Shown here piece after piece: positions 1 to 10,443 of a stretch of DNA of 64,000 nt; position 1 is the stretch's first letter, and each line of letters begins with the position of its first letter. The stretch is from a virus. The stretch covers positions 64,001 through 128,000 of IMG/VR virus record IMGVR_UViG_3300030107_008258, one strand, 5' to 3'. Below the pieces are notes generated by a model. It was given only the letters and a program-made list of their open reading frames with translations. It had not been told where the DNA came from and searched no databases. The position numbers and the translations under genes were made by a program.

Positions 1-1
1 C

Positions 2-2950
2 TTTTACGAAGGAGGAAGCGGTGTCTGCACTCAAATATCTTTTAATAGCGGAGCACAATTTGGAGGAGTAGATAATTATTTAAATTTTGAAGATTATGTC
101 ATTACAGGTTACACCAATACAGGAGTAATGGTAGGAGGCACGATAGAAAATATGAGAGTCGCAACGGAAAGCTATTCTGGCGGATGTTTTTCTGGCGAAA
201 ATTTAATATGGAGCGTGGAACCGGACGATAAAGATGACCCAGAATTTGTTAGCGGAAATTACTCTAATTATAAAATAATAAATATTAAAGAAGAAGAAGA
301 CTCTTATTCAGTTTCAGCTCTAGCTTACTCTACAGGAAAATATTCAGAAATAGAAGAGGCGGGTAACGTGCAGGGCAACGGTCTAACTAGAATCCCCTAC
401 TTCCCTACAGGAGATCCGGCCGGATCCTCCACCTCAACGCTATCAACAGTAGGAACTTCTCTAACTAAAGGGCACGCTGTTATGGATGGCTCCACAGAGA
501 CTGTTTATGGCACCCTTGAGGTAAAGTTTCCTGCCGCGGGTTATAAATTAGAAAAATCGGAGGACGATGATGGCACCGCCACTGTATGGTCTTTAGTAGA
601 TGAAAATCTAGACCAATTAGACATTACGTACTATATTGCAGTTATAAATAATTCAAGCGATCTTCCTACTGCTGATTCCAGCTTCACCAATGAAAACCAA
701 GTAAAAATATTACCTCCTTCCCGTTTTAGCGACTACGCATCTTTAATAACTGAAACAATTCCTAATCCAGCAATTTTAGGAACTGATAGTGAAGAAAATA
801 GTATTCTTAATAAAAGAAGAAAAAATAACAATATATATGCAGAATATCTGCTTCAGCCCGGAGTTGGAACATACTGGGTCGCGGTTTTCGCCCTTTCACA
901 AACCAGCACCTGTTCTTACGGTATGCTTTCTTATATTACTCCTGAAGTGGAGGACACTCAACTTTCTAGTGATGTAGGAACTCTTACTTTAAATAATTTA
1001 ACTACCGAAGGAATTGAACATTATGGCGTCGACTCTTTTACTCCATCAGGTATAGAAAGTGTAGAACCGGGTTTCACTTGGAATGTATCTAGCAAAGGAA
1101 TTTTTTCCGCTCCTGAAGACCACGATGATCCCCGTTTTTCCCTACCCATTGATAATAAAGATCGCCAATACAGAATAACAATAAGAAAACCCAGCTCGGA
1201 AGAATCACAGACTAGCCTAAATACCCCAACCCAAGATATATACGTTGAGATTACTGGATACAATTCTCAAACCTCCTCTCCTAATTTCGTATTCCAAAAA
1301 GAATATAATAATCCACATTTTATAACTGGATACAGAGCCGACGCTCACGTTACAGGATGGGACGCTCAAGAAAGTCAGGTAGGAACCTATCAATCTGACA
1401 AAGAAAAAGCTGATTGGCTTTCTGTAAGCGGTAGTGGATTTAATATAAAAAATAATACAAACCTTTTTCCCTTAAGAGAATTTGATGTAGTAGTTGAAGC
1501 CCATGATCGAGATGGTAATACTAGCGCCGGAAACAAAGTATTTCAAAACACTATTCAAAAAATCAAACCTTACTCAACAGAAGAATGGAACCTAAGTAAT
1601 TCCCAATTTGATATATTTGGAGCTAAAATTGAATCTCCTAGTGGAATTTTCTTTGCGCAAACTACAGGTCCAGAAAGCGACCATAATTTAGGTTTAGATT
1701 ATAGCTTTATAACGCGGGCTGCAGCTTTTGATAAAAAATATCCTTATGTTGCCTCTGCATATATTTATCCCAATGGGTACTTTGAGGTAATTTTAAATCA
1801 CGCAACTAGTACAGTTGGAGTGAATGTTTCTAGCGATGAAGAAATAGATCGCTTTTTTAACAATACAGCAGGAATTGTTTACTACTACACAACAGGAGAT
1901 AATACTGTAGACTACGTAGACGGAAAACCTATTGCAATGAATAAGGCCGCTTCCTTTACGCTTGAAACTACCAAGGGCGTTAATGGTACTACACAAAGTC
2001 TTTTAGATAATGATGAGAATATAGGTCTTCAAGATTCAATAACTCCAGCGACTATGACTGCAGCAGGCGAAGTTAGTAGTCCCGCAACTGCATTTGGTGG
2101 ATTGGTTAATTTAGGAGCTCGAACAGTAGAGGTTAATGTTCATAGAGGTTATTATTTATTTAATGATTCCGACACTGCAGAAGCTTTACGAATACCTTTT
2201 CCTGATATTAGTCGAGATAGTATAGAAAATATACAAATAGTTTTTGGATACTTTGATGACCTGCATGTATTATCCGCCTTTGAAGGAGATGGACAAACCG
2301 CAAAAACGCGTAAAGCCATAAAAGATGATATGGAATATTTAACCCCGGAAATATTCTTTGAAAATGGGATTAATTATTCCAGTAGCGCCGAAGGTGCATC
2401 TAAAACAGATCTTAACGCTAATACTTATGGCCAGCATATGGTTGGGGGAGTTGCTCAAAGTTTATTTCTAAACGAAGGGAGTGTTCTTGGTGCCGGAGAC
2501 CGAGCCTTAGCCTTTAGAGCGTGGGGCTCTATAAGAGTCCCGGGCGCAGGAGATCAACCCGTTAATTACATGTCTGGTCCCGTCGCCGAATCAGATTTAA
2601 TTCATAAAATATTAAAAAATATACCGGGAGAAATAGAAATAGAACAAATTATTAGCAGTGAGGGACTTACGGACTCAGAAAAACTGGACCACCATAATAG
2701 TTACTTTAGAAAGATTATATTAAAAATTCCATCCATCCCCGGGCTTAACCCCAACAAGTCTGCTGTTTTTGTCTCAAATGACTATAGCCAAAATTATGGT
2801 TCGAAATATACTATAAATGAAGACGGAGGAGTTGAAATCACCGTCGAGTCTCTGAACCCATACCCTCGTACTCTGTATGATAGGTCTGATTATTTCGCGA
2901 ATCACGTACCGCTGACTATTAATTTTGGAATAGTAATGACTAATCAATAA
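2..2950 (+). CDS. Tail-tip / host-specificity (gpJ-like) protein, C-terminal part; 5'-truncated by window edge
   Basis: The frame is open from base 2 through the ORF-track start at 128. The motif YKIINIKEEEDSYSVSALAYSTGKY resembles the J-type 'FRVISIxE..YxITALxY..KY' segment. Beta-rich, FN3-like stretches follow (GTYWVAVFALS, FDVVVEAHDRDGN). Confidence 0.6.
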   Translation, partial: FYEGGSGVCTQISFNSGAQFGGVDNYLNFEDYVITGYTNTGVMVGGTIENMRVATESYSGGCFSGENLIWSVEPDDKDDPEFVSGNYSNYKIINIKEEEDSYSVSALAYSTGKYSEIEEAGNVQGNGLTRIPYFPTGDPAGSSTSTLSTVGTSLTKGHAVMDGSTETVYGTLEVKFPAAGYKLEKSEDDDGTATVWSLVDENLDQLDITYYIAVINNSSDLPTADSSFTNENQVKILPPSRFSDYASLITETIPNPAILGTDSEENSILNKRRKNNNIYAEYLLQPGVGTYWVAVFALSQTSTCSYGMLSYITPEVEDTQLSSDVGTLTLNNLTTEGIEHYGVDSFTPSGIESVEPGFTWNVSSKGIFSAPEDHDDPRFSLPIDNKDRQYRITIRKPSSEESQTSLNTPTQDIYVEITGYNSQTSSPNFVFQKEYNNPHFITGYRADAHVTGWDAQESQVGTYQSDKEKADWLSVSGSGFNIKNNTNLFPLREFDVVVEAHDRDGNTSAGNKVFQNTIQKIKPYSTEEWNLSNSQFDIFGAKIESPSGIFFAQTTGPESDHNLGLDYSFITRAAAFDKKYPYVASAYIYPNGYFEVILNHATSTVGVNVSSDEEIDRFFNNTAGIVYYYTTGDNTVDYVDGKPIAMNKAASFTLETTKGVNGTTQSLLDNDENIGLQDSITPATMTAAGEVSSPATAFGGLVNLGARTVEVNVHRGYYLFNDSDTAEALRIPFPDISRDSIENIQIVFGYFDDLHVLSAFEGDGQTAKTRKAIKDDMEYLTPEIFFENGINYSSSAEGASKTDLNANTYGQHMVGGVAQSLFLNEGSVLGAGDRALAFRAWGSIRVPGAGDQPVNYMSGPVAESDLIHKILKNIPGEIEIEQIISSEGLTDSEKLDHHNSYFRKIILKIPSIPGLNPNKSAVFVSNDYSQNYGSKYTINEDGGVEITVESLNPYPRTLYDRSDYFANHVPLTINFGIVMTNQ

Positions 2951-2959
2951 AATAAGAAC

Positions 2960-3832
2960 ATGAAACCTGAGACTTTTCAAGCCTCTATTGAAAAAGGCTC
3001 TAATAAATTATATCTTCAATCCAACCGTGAAGCAGCTACTAGAAATGGAGCATTCATAAAGCTTGATTCAAACGATATTTTTTATCGTATTGAATCCTCA
3101 GAAAGCATTAACATAAGAAGAAAGTTTACCTTTGATGGCGACCACTCTATTAAAATAAAAGGTAACTACGACTTTAAGTTAAGTACGGGAGATTCCGCAA
3201 AAATAACTTTTGACGAACTCGAAGCTGTTCATGTAGGTAAGCTTATCGATCAGCAAGGTAAATATAAAGTAGGGCAAAAAATCTATCTTCAAGGAGGCAT
3301 TACATCAAGTTTTAGCGGCAACATTACTGGAGAATATGGAGAAGTAGAAGTATTAAAAGTAGATGAAGCGGGAAAAATCTTATCTGTTGAATTAACTAAA
3401 CCGGGGCTCTATATTAAACCTCCTGAAAACCCAGTAGATATCATGGATGAAACAGGACAAACTTTAAAAGCAGAAGTTGAGTTTGACTCTTCATCACATT
3501 CTTCAATAATAGAAAGAGATTTTACTTCTGTAGAAAATTCTGGATCAGAAACTTTAATAAGACTTTCTTATGATCTACCTAAAGGTGTTTTATTCGGGGA
3601 GATGACAGTGTCTAAGCAGGTTATATTACTAGATAAACCTTATTCAAGTGAATCTTTCGAAAACGGAATATGTCAAATAACTTTCGACTACTCACCCGTT
3701 AATGGAATACCTCTTTTACCACCTAACAGTATAGACCCCCAAACAACTTATAACGAAGCTGTCTTAATAATAGAAAATAAACTTCAAAATATGGAAAAAA
3801 GAATAGTGCGTATGGAAAATATGAATTATTAA
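2960..3832 (+). CDS. Putative tail/baseplate-associated structural protein
   Basis: 290-aa beta-rich ORF with a C-terminal coiled-coil, 9 nt after the J-like gene. GKILSVELTKPGLY resembles virion beta-hairpin repeats. Confidence 0.45.
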   Translation: MKPETFQASIEKGSNKLYLQSNREAATRNGAFIKLDSNDIFYRIESSESINIRRKFTFDGDHSIKIKGNYDFKLSTGDSAKITFDELEAVHVGKLIDQQGKYKVGQKIYLQGGITSSFSGNITGEYGEVEVLKVDEAGKILSVELTKPGLYIKPPENPVDIMDETGQTLKAEVEFDSSSHSSIIERDFTSVENSGSETLIRLSYDLPKGVLFGEMTVSKQVILLDKPYSSESFENGICQITFDYSPVNGIPLLPPNSIDPQTTYNEAVLIIENKLQNMEKRIVRMENMNY

Positions 3833-6800
3833 CCTACTCCCGTGGTCCCTTTATTTAAAAGCCCACCGGGACGCTGTTGTTTGATAATTTCCTGAACAAC
3901 CACATTCTGAAGAACTTTACCAAACTCTTTATTGTTTTCAACCTCTTGCGATTCCTCTCTTTCTGAAGGTCCTCCGCTTTGACTTGTTGCGCTTGTATCA
4001 GCGGAAGCCTTTCCACTTTTATCTATATTGACGCTTACCTTAACATTATTAGTAGTGTTACCTCCCGTGTTTAGACTTGAGCCTCCATTATTAATTACAG
4101 GCCCCGGTTGATTACCAAACAAACCTCCCGCAGCAAAACTAGGAACATTTCCTCGATTAAGCTCCGTCATGAAGTTTACCCCATGGGTACGTACAGCTGA
4201 CGGACTCATGATATATTCGCCGCCCATCACCCTAGCGATACCACCATTAGCGCCGCCTCGAGGATCTCCACCTACTGTAGCTGATAAACCACCTAGTGTT
4301 TCAGGCCCCGGAGTTGCAAATCTTTCACTTAGCGGAAATTTCTCAAGATTGTAATGGGTAGGGATTTTTGCCTGTTCAAAAGCTGCATTGTAAGCTTGAC
4401 CTTGCTCTGCTGCCACTGCCGCAGAGTCCATCCATTTTGCTCCACCTATTAACATGGCCGCATTCATATAAGCCCCTATTAACCTTCCTCTTTTTTGCCT
4501 CTTTACAGCATTAATTTCATCTCTTCTTCTTTGAGTTTCGGTTGTAAGGTAATCTTGATACTTTGCCATCTTTTGCTCTTTATCAAACATTCTTGCAGTT
4601 TGCGGATCATCAGCGCCAAGCCTTCCAAGTAAAGAGAGCTTACTACTTACATCAAATTTCCCTTCTGTGGGCCTTGCTCGTTCGCTTATTAACTGACCTG
4701 TTTTTGGATCACGTCTATAATAAACAAAAGCTTTCCTAAGTGATACTCCGGCTGCTCCGCCTCTCCCTGAAACAACGTCCGCCCCTCCCGCGTCTGGATC
4801 AGGGCCTCCAAAGTACCCATAGGATCCCCTTCCGTAACCATAATTTTGAGAAGGAGCCGGACTTGGAGTTCCGGGCTGCATAGCCGCGCCAATTAAACCT
4901 GAAGCAGCGCTAGCTCCTGCAGCGACCAAACCCATTTGACCCATTGTTGGACCTCCGTTAGCAAAACTTGGAGCTCCATTAATAGCATTTAAAGTAGGCA
5001 ACCCGATTTTGTTTACCGCGGATTTTTTAATAACAAATTCTCCTCCACGCATTCTTGTTATTACGTCATCTTTTTGACCAGAGCCTCCTGTTACCAACCC
5101 TCCATAGTTATAACCGGGTACATAACCACCGTTAGCATACTGGTTTCCTCCCATGCCCATCTTCGCAAACATCATATTTGTAAACATCTGTGATGACATA
5201 CTGGAAATAGAATTAAGTATGCTTTGAGCCATATTAGCCAAAGCCCCTTGAACCGTACTAGCTCCACTAGCTATAGATTGAAATGCATCTGCAAAAGACG
5301 ACTTCATTGTTTGAGCAACCTGTCGTGTGCCGCTTTCAAAATCCTGAAGAGCGTCTACCCCTTCGTAACCAAATTCGTTTGTAAACCCAGCTCTAAAAGC
5401 CGTACCAAAATCTCCACGTTGTAGGCCCCTACCGGCAACTTGCTTGGCTAAGTTGGCTGAAAAAGCAGCATTTCTTCCTCGGGCTCCCATCTGACCCGTG
5501 TTTACCAGCCCTCTAGCTTCAGCTAATTCCTGCTGGGCTAACGCCGCTTCTATTTCCCGCGACTCTTGCCTCCTTGCTGTATTAAGTTTATATGCTAGCT
5601 TTAAAGTCTCAATATCTAATCTATATTTTTCTTTGGCTAACGCAATAGCATTTTCTTCAGTTTCTCTGGCTGCGTCTTTCGCTAAAATATGTTTTTCTTC
5701 TGCTTTTGTAAGAACGTCAATTACTTTTGAAAGATTTTGAAACGCCATTTGCTGCTCTATGCCTTTTAGGTCCCCCTTAAATACTCCAGTCCGTAACTTA
5801 AGACCCTTTACATCCGCTAATTGATTTAGGTAAGTGTCCACACTCTTCCTGTCTCCTCCCGATGCAGAGGCTCTTAGTCCCTCAAAAGCTTGCAACGCCA
5901 TCTTGGCTTGACCTGCTCCTAGCTTTTGCCCTTCTATAAATTTTACAACATCTAAATCTTTTAAACCTGCTTTTACGTCAGTCTCAAGGGCTTGGTCAGC
6001 TATTCTATCTTTTCCTCTTCGGGTTATTCCAGCTCTACCAAATGCAATTCTTTGAGCTACCCCTGCAGCGTCTCGTCTAGTTAATGTAGCCCCAGCTTTA
6101 GCGGTACGATAACTTGCCCCTAGCCCAAACATTGCTCCTTCTTGAGCTACGTTACGTGTCAAAGTAGCCAAAGCTCTTTTAGACCCTAGAACCTCTTGGC
6201 GGTAGCCCTCTTGCGCCAACATGGCTTTTCTTATGGTCTCTGAGAAATCTGCAGTCTCTTTATTTTCTTTTCTTTTTCCTTCATTCCCCTCTGCTATTAA
6301 TTTGTTGTATTCTGCTTGATTGCTAAAAATCTCAATAAGTCGATTTTGAACATCTGCGAAGGCTTGTTCCTGTTCTTCCGGAGTTAAATCTTCTCTAGCG
6401 TATATTGCTTTTTGAGCTGGCCCTAGTAATTTTTTGTTGACGTCTTCAGGAGTAGATCCAGTAAGAGCTGCAATTAAATCATTTTTTTGGGATCTTGACG
6501 CATCCTTGCGAAAAGATGAAAAAGGATTGGCCAGACCACTTTCAAATATATCAGCGCCGCCCAGTATACTCTTTTCCATCATCCAAGGCGATACGCCTCC
6601 CGCAGCTAACCTTTGAGTCACCGCTGCGGAACTAAAAGCAGGACTATTAGTCTGTAGGTTTTTATAAAGCTTATCAGCATATGTTGCCCCAACTCCTCCT
6701 GCAATTCCCATCTTTTTCTGGCTTGCAATTCCAGCTCTATCCCTCATGAACTGCGCATAAATAGCGTCGTCCGCATTATAGTTGGCGAGGCGCTCACCAG

Positions 6801-9800
6801 TTCCTTGCATTATCTCGTAGCGGCTCTGTAAGAGCGTCCGATCCTTTGGACGCCCTTTTCCTGTTATCGAGTCTCTCCCGCTCAACCATCGATTCAGTGA
6901 GTCACCACTCCTTACGCCTTGCCTATTTAAAGAGGCTCCTCTCTCTATTCCTGCAGGATCCTTTTGGAACAGTGCGTTAAATTCGGCCTGTGGTAATAAA
7001 GACTTTGTAAACGTCGTTCTTTGAAACAGTCGTTTATTGAAAGCGCCCAGTGCCGCTCCAAAATTAGTTTTGTCTGAGGCTTCTAGAGCTGCAAGCTCCG
7101 GAGTACCATGCATACTATGAGCCGCTGACGTCTTGCCTCCTGCCTCCGTGCCTATACCTAAGGTTCCTAACACCGCTATTTTCTTACTCATGAACTCTGC
7201 GGTAGAAAGTGACTCTGCCAATTTTCCAAAACCATCAGCCGCTCCCAAGGATGCAGAAAGAAGAGCCTCATTAGCTTCAATTTCTCGTTTTAGAGCCTCG
7301 GCAGCCTCGTCACTCGTATCCATCAAAAGACTTATAATCTCAGTCAAGCCTTGTAACCCAGCTCCTGCAAGAGCCCCCATCGGACCACCCATAGCTCCAG
7401 CCAAACCTGCAGCTCCCACACGTTTCCACCAATCACCGCTGTCATCTGATGTTTGCCCCATAAGGTTCATACCTACCATTCCTATACCCATTCCGGCTCC
7501 TTGCTTCAAGCCTGTCCCTGCATAACCAAGAGCCTTCTTCCCAACTGCTCCCCAGAAATAATTAGGAATAAAGCCAGAGGAAGCTCCATGCGCTCGTGGG
7601 TTTATGCCCATTGCGGCAGACCTTGCCACTCCTTGCCTTAACCCTCCGGGTTCATGAATAGTATTATAAACGCCAACCCCTGCCGGGTTGCCGGGTCCTT
7701 TTAAAGAGGCATTAGAACCTATTCTTATTGCAGATGCAGGAACTCCTGCCGCTACTTCTCTCCCTATGGCGTCACCTAATGGAGAAAAATTTGGTATAAA
7801 ACCTAATGCCTTACCCGGCTTTTTGTTTGGAGTGTGAAACATAAATTGAGCTCCCGGCCCATTTTCAACAAGCTCCTTCGCCATCTTGTTTACCATACTT
7901 GATCTATTACCCTTTGATCTGGAAGCCTTGTAATCTGCTATTCCATATCCTCCTCCAAATATAGGGTGAGTTTTCGCTGCTTGGTTTCCCCTTAGATCGA
8001 AATCTCCTATTTTATTTTCTTCCGCTGCTGCTTCTGCATCTAAAGCTAAATTCATCCCTACTTCAAACCCTGCTCCAGCTGCGGCGGTTAAAGCTCCCTT
8101 GGCTCCCTTAGTACTATCCAAAGCTCCTATAACCTCTGGAAGAGTCACTTCTCGAGCTGGAGGATTTATCTTCATTGCATACTTCATGGTTTCGTTAGCT
8201 ACAGCTTTCGAAATTGATCCAACGATGTCAGTAGGGGCAAGTCTGTCTAAAGTCTCTTGATTGTAACTTCTTATGGGAGACTGCGCTTTAAAATTTTTAT
8301 ATTTCCCTGTTCCCGACACTAATCCTCCTAGAGCATTAGGTTGCCCATCAGGAACCAACATGGCTATACCTCCCTCTAAACCTCCTCCAATTGTTATAAG
8401 CCCCCCAGCTTCCTCCATTGCTTTTCTAGATTTTGCGGTATGTCCTTTTTTAGGTCTATAACCTTTGGCTCCGGCCACCATAGGCCTCGCAAAATTAGGA
8501 ACAAACCCACCAGCAGCATAAGGATTGAAACCATGCGCAGCGCCAAAAGCTGCCTTATAACCCGCTCCAGCCGCACTGTTCGCTGGCGGCATAATTGCAG
8601 ACTGGCTCATTCCCGGGAACCGTTTGACAGTTTCTGCCGAGTTATACATCATTGTTCCGGCGCCGGGTTGACTCATAGTTCTTATAGCCCCAGCTCTATA
8701 TCCACCTGCCGCGGCCGCCGCTCTTTCCGCGCCCGCATTAGCGAAGTTTGGAACAAAACCAGCAGCTTTCCCCGGGGTTCTGCCAAAAGCGCCCCTCCCC
8801 CTAGACATTACTCCTCCCGCAATAGTCGAAGCGGCAATTTGCGCTTGGGCTCTAGCTGTATTTTGTGCTCGTATAGTGGCAAGTATTAGTTTTTCTACTT
8901 CTAAGATTCCGCTTGCTCCAGATTTAACTTTTGTCATCAGAGAGGGCTCTTTCATTAAAATATTAACAATACCTTGTTCTAGCGCCGCCCTCTCTTTGGT
9001 AGCCTGATTAATTCCCACTATGTCCTGAAAAGCCTGCTTAGCAAAACTTCCAAGTTTCATGGCTAGTTTACCAAACACAACACCAGCCATTATTAAACCC
9101 GGGCCACTTATGAACTTGCCCATTCCCGCGAGAAGGTTTTTCCCTATCCCTTCCCCAAAGCTCTCCATCTTACCGCCCTCTCCGAAGGATTCAATTAATT
9201 TATTTATTCCCCCTAGGACATTCTGTATAGCTGGACCAAACATCCCTTCGCCCAATGTCGCACCGGCCGAGGTTAAGTTCGCTAAAGTTTTATTAACTAG
9301 AGCGTCCATGGTTTGATTTAATTTTTCATTCTTCCGTTGAGCTTCATCAGTAGCTGTGTTAGCGGCCTTTAAGGATCCAGCGTAAACGGAATTTGCCGAA
9401 GCTAGGTCAGCCATTGCAGCTTTTAAGATATTAACCTGAAACACTCCAGCCACTTGTTCAGAAACAGAAGACTGTTGCGCTTTTGACAAACCATTAAAAC
9501 TTTTAGCGAGATTCTCTACTATCTTTATACCTGAGAGCATTTGCCCCTGCATATCTCTGGTAGCTACCCCTATGTTTTCCAATCTTTGCTGTACGTCGCT
9601 ACGTTGAATACGAGTAAAAATAGTTTTAAAGGCGTTACCAATTACAGCGCCACCACGAGCAGTTCTTTGTTGGACCGCTGTTGTTATCGCCATCAATTCG
9701 TTCATGCTTACTCCGGCTGAAACGGCTGAAGCACCTACACGGGAAATTGACTTTGCTAAATCTTCTGAACTAACCGCAAACTTAGCATCCACCTTTGCCA

Positions 9801-10413
9801 TACGGTTAATAATTTGAGTTGAATTAACCCCCTCTTTATTAAATGAGTTTACAGCGGCAGTTAAAGACTTAACAGAATCAGCCGCCTTCATTCCTGTCAG
9901 TCGGGTGAGAATTAAAGCGTCTTTAGTACGGACAAGAGTATTTTCCATACTTAAGCCCTGACGAGCAAATTCCGTGGTTGCTTCTGCGACTGTATCGAAA
10001 CTTTGAGCAGTTTCTTTTGCAACCTTAAACATTCCTTTACTGAATTGTTGAAGTTGCTTGTTGTTGAGATTCATGACGATGTTAACATCAGCCATAGCTT
10101 TCTCAACTTTGATGGCGCTTTTGACCATCGCTTTCAACGCATTATCAACTTGATAAATTAATCCAGCAGACGCACCAAAAGCGATAACACGAGCATTGGA
10201 AGCTTCAAGAGATTTACTAAACTCATCAGCCCGAACAGTAGCCTTCGAAAGACCCGTCCCAAGGGCTCGTACCTTATCAGTACCCCCTCCCCCTCCAAAA
10301 CCTGTGCTGAGGCTTTTACCGATCTTAGCAGCAGCTTTTTCAAGCTTGGCAATTTCCCTTGCCGCTTTTGTTGCTTCTAATTCCAGTTCTACTCGAAGTT
10401 TGTCCGTCGCCAT
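3829..10413 (-). CDS. Tail tape measure protein (TP901-type core)
   Basis: 2194 aa, Ala/Gly-rich and helical. TP901 core motifs are present (EFARQG, AVSSEDLAKSISRVG, RGGAVIGNAFKTIFTRI), as are C-terminal A.GG / GGEFVI motifs. It lies downstream of the tube and chaperone genes. Confidence 0.93.
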   Translation of the reverse strand: MATDKLRVELELEATKAAREIAKLEKAAAKIGKSLSTGFGGGGGTDKVRALGTGLSKATVRADEFSKSLEASNARVIAFGASAGLIYQVDNALKAMVKSAIKVEKAMADVNIVMNLNNKQLQQFSKGMFKVAKETAQSFDTVAEATTEFARQGLSMENTLVRTKDALILTRLTGMKAADSVKSLTAAVNSFNKEGVNSTQIINRMAKVDAKFAVSSEDLAKSISRVGASAVSAGVSMNELMAITTAVQQRTARGGAVIGNAFKTIFTRIQRSDVQQRLENIGVATRDMQGQMLSGIKIVENLAKSFNGLSKAQQSSVSEQVAGVFQVNILKAAMADLASANSVYAGSLKAANTATDEAQRKNEKLNQTMDALVNKTLANLTSAGATLGEGMFGPAIQNVLGGINKLIESFGEGGKMESFGEGIGKNLLAGMGKFISGPGLIMAGVVFGKLAMKLGSFAKQAFQDIVGINQATKERAALEQGIVNILMKEPSLMTKVKSGASGILEVEKLILATIRAQNTARAQAQIAASTIAGGVMSRGRGAFGRTPGKAAGFVPNFANAGAERAAAAAGGYRAGAIRTMSQPGAGTMMYNSAETVKRFPGMSQSAIMPPANSAAGAGYKAAFGAAHGFNPYAAGGFVPNFARPMVAGAKGYRPKKGHTAKSRKAMEEAGGLITIGGGLEGGIAMLVPDGQPNALGGLVSGTGKYKNFKAQSPIRSYNQETLDRLAPTDIVGSISKAVANETMKYAMKINPPAREVTLPEVIGALDSTKGAKGALTAAAGAGFEVGMNLALDAEAAAEENKIGDFDLRGNQAAKTHPIFGGGYGIADYKASRSKGNRSSMVNKMAKELVENGPGAQFMFHTPNKKPGKALGFIPNFSPLGDAIGREVAAGVPASAIRIGSNASLKGPGNPAGVGVYNTIHEPGGLRQGVARSAAMGINPRAHGASSGFIPNYFWGAVGKKALGYAGTGLKQGAGMGIGMVGMNLMGQTSDDSGDWWKRVGAAGLAGAMGGPMGALAGAGLQGLTEIISLLMDTSDEAAEALKREIEANEALLSASLGAADGFGKLAESLSTAEFMSKKIAVLGTLGIGTEAGGKTSAAHSMHGTPELAALEASDKTNFGAALGAFNKRLFQRTTFTKSLLPQAEFNALFQKDPAGIERGASLNRQGVRSGDSLNRWLSGRDSITGKGRPKDRTLLQSRYEIMQGTGERLANYNADDAIYAQFMRDRAGIASQKKMGIAGGVGATYADKLYKNLQTNSPAFSSAAVTQRLAAGGVSPWMMEKSILGGADIFESGLANPFSSFRKDASRSQKNDLIAALTGSTPEDVNKKLLGPAQKAIYAREDLTPEEQEQAFADVQNRLIEIFSNQAEYNKLIAEGNEGKRKENKETADFSETIRKAMLAQEGYRQEVLGSKRALATLTRNVAQEGAMFGLGASYRTAKAGATLTRRDAAGVAQRIAFGRAGITRRGKDRIADQALETDVKAGLKDLDVVKFIEGQKLGAGQAKMALQAFEGLRASASGGDRKSVDTYLNQLADVKGLKLRTGVFKGDLKGIEQQMAFQNLSKVIDVLTKAEEKHILAKDAARETEENAIALAKEKYRLDIETLKLAYKLNTARRQESREIEAALAQQELAEARGLVNTGQMGARGRNAAFSANLAKQVAGRGLQRGDFGTAFRAGFTNEFGYEGVDALQDFESGTRQVAQTMKSSFADAFQSIASGASTVQGALANMAQSILNSISSMSSQMFTNMMFAKMGMGGNQYANGGYVPGYNYGGLVTGGSGQKDDVITRMRGGEFVIKKSAVNKIGLPTLNAINGAPSFANGGPTMGQMGLVAAGASAASGLIGAAMQPGTPSPAPSQNYGYGRGSYGYFGGPDPDAGGADVVSGRGGAAGVSLRKAFVYYRRDPKTGQLISERARPTEGKFDVSSKLSLLGRLGADDPQTARMFDKEQKMAKYQDYLTTETQRRRDEINAVKRQKRGRLIGAYMNAAMLIGGAKWMDSAAVAAEQGQAYNAAFEQAKIPTHYNLEKFPLSERFATPGPETLGGLSATVGGDPRGGANGGIARVMGGEYIMSPSAVRTHGVNFMTELNRGNVPSFAAGGLFGNQPGPVINNGGSSLNTGGNTTNNVKVSVNIDKSGKASADTSATSQSGGPSEREESQEVENNKEFGKVLQNVVVQEIIKQQRPGGLLNKGTTGVG

Positions 10414-10443
10414 ATTCCTAGTGTATTATTACACTATTTTTGG

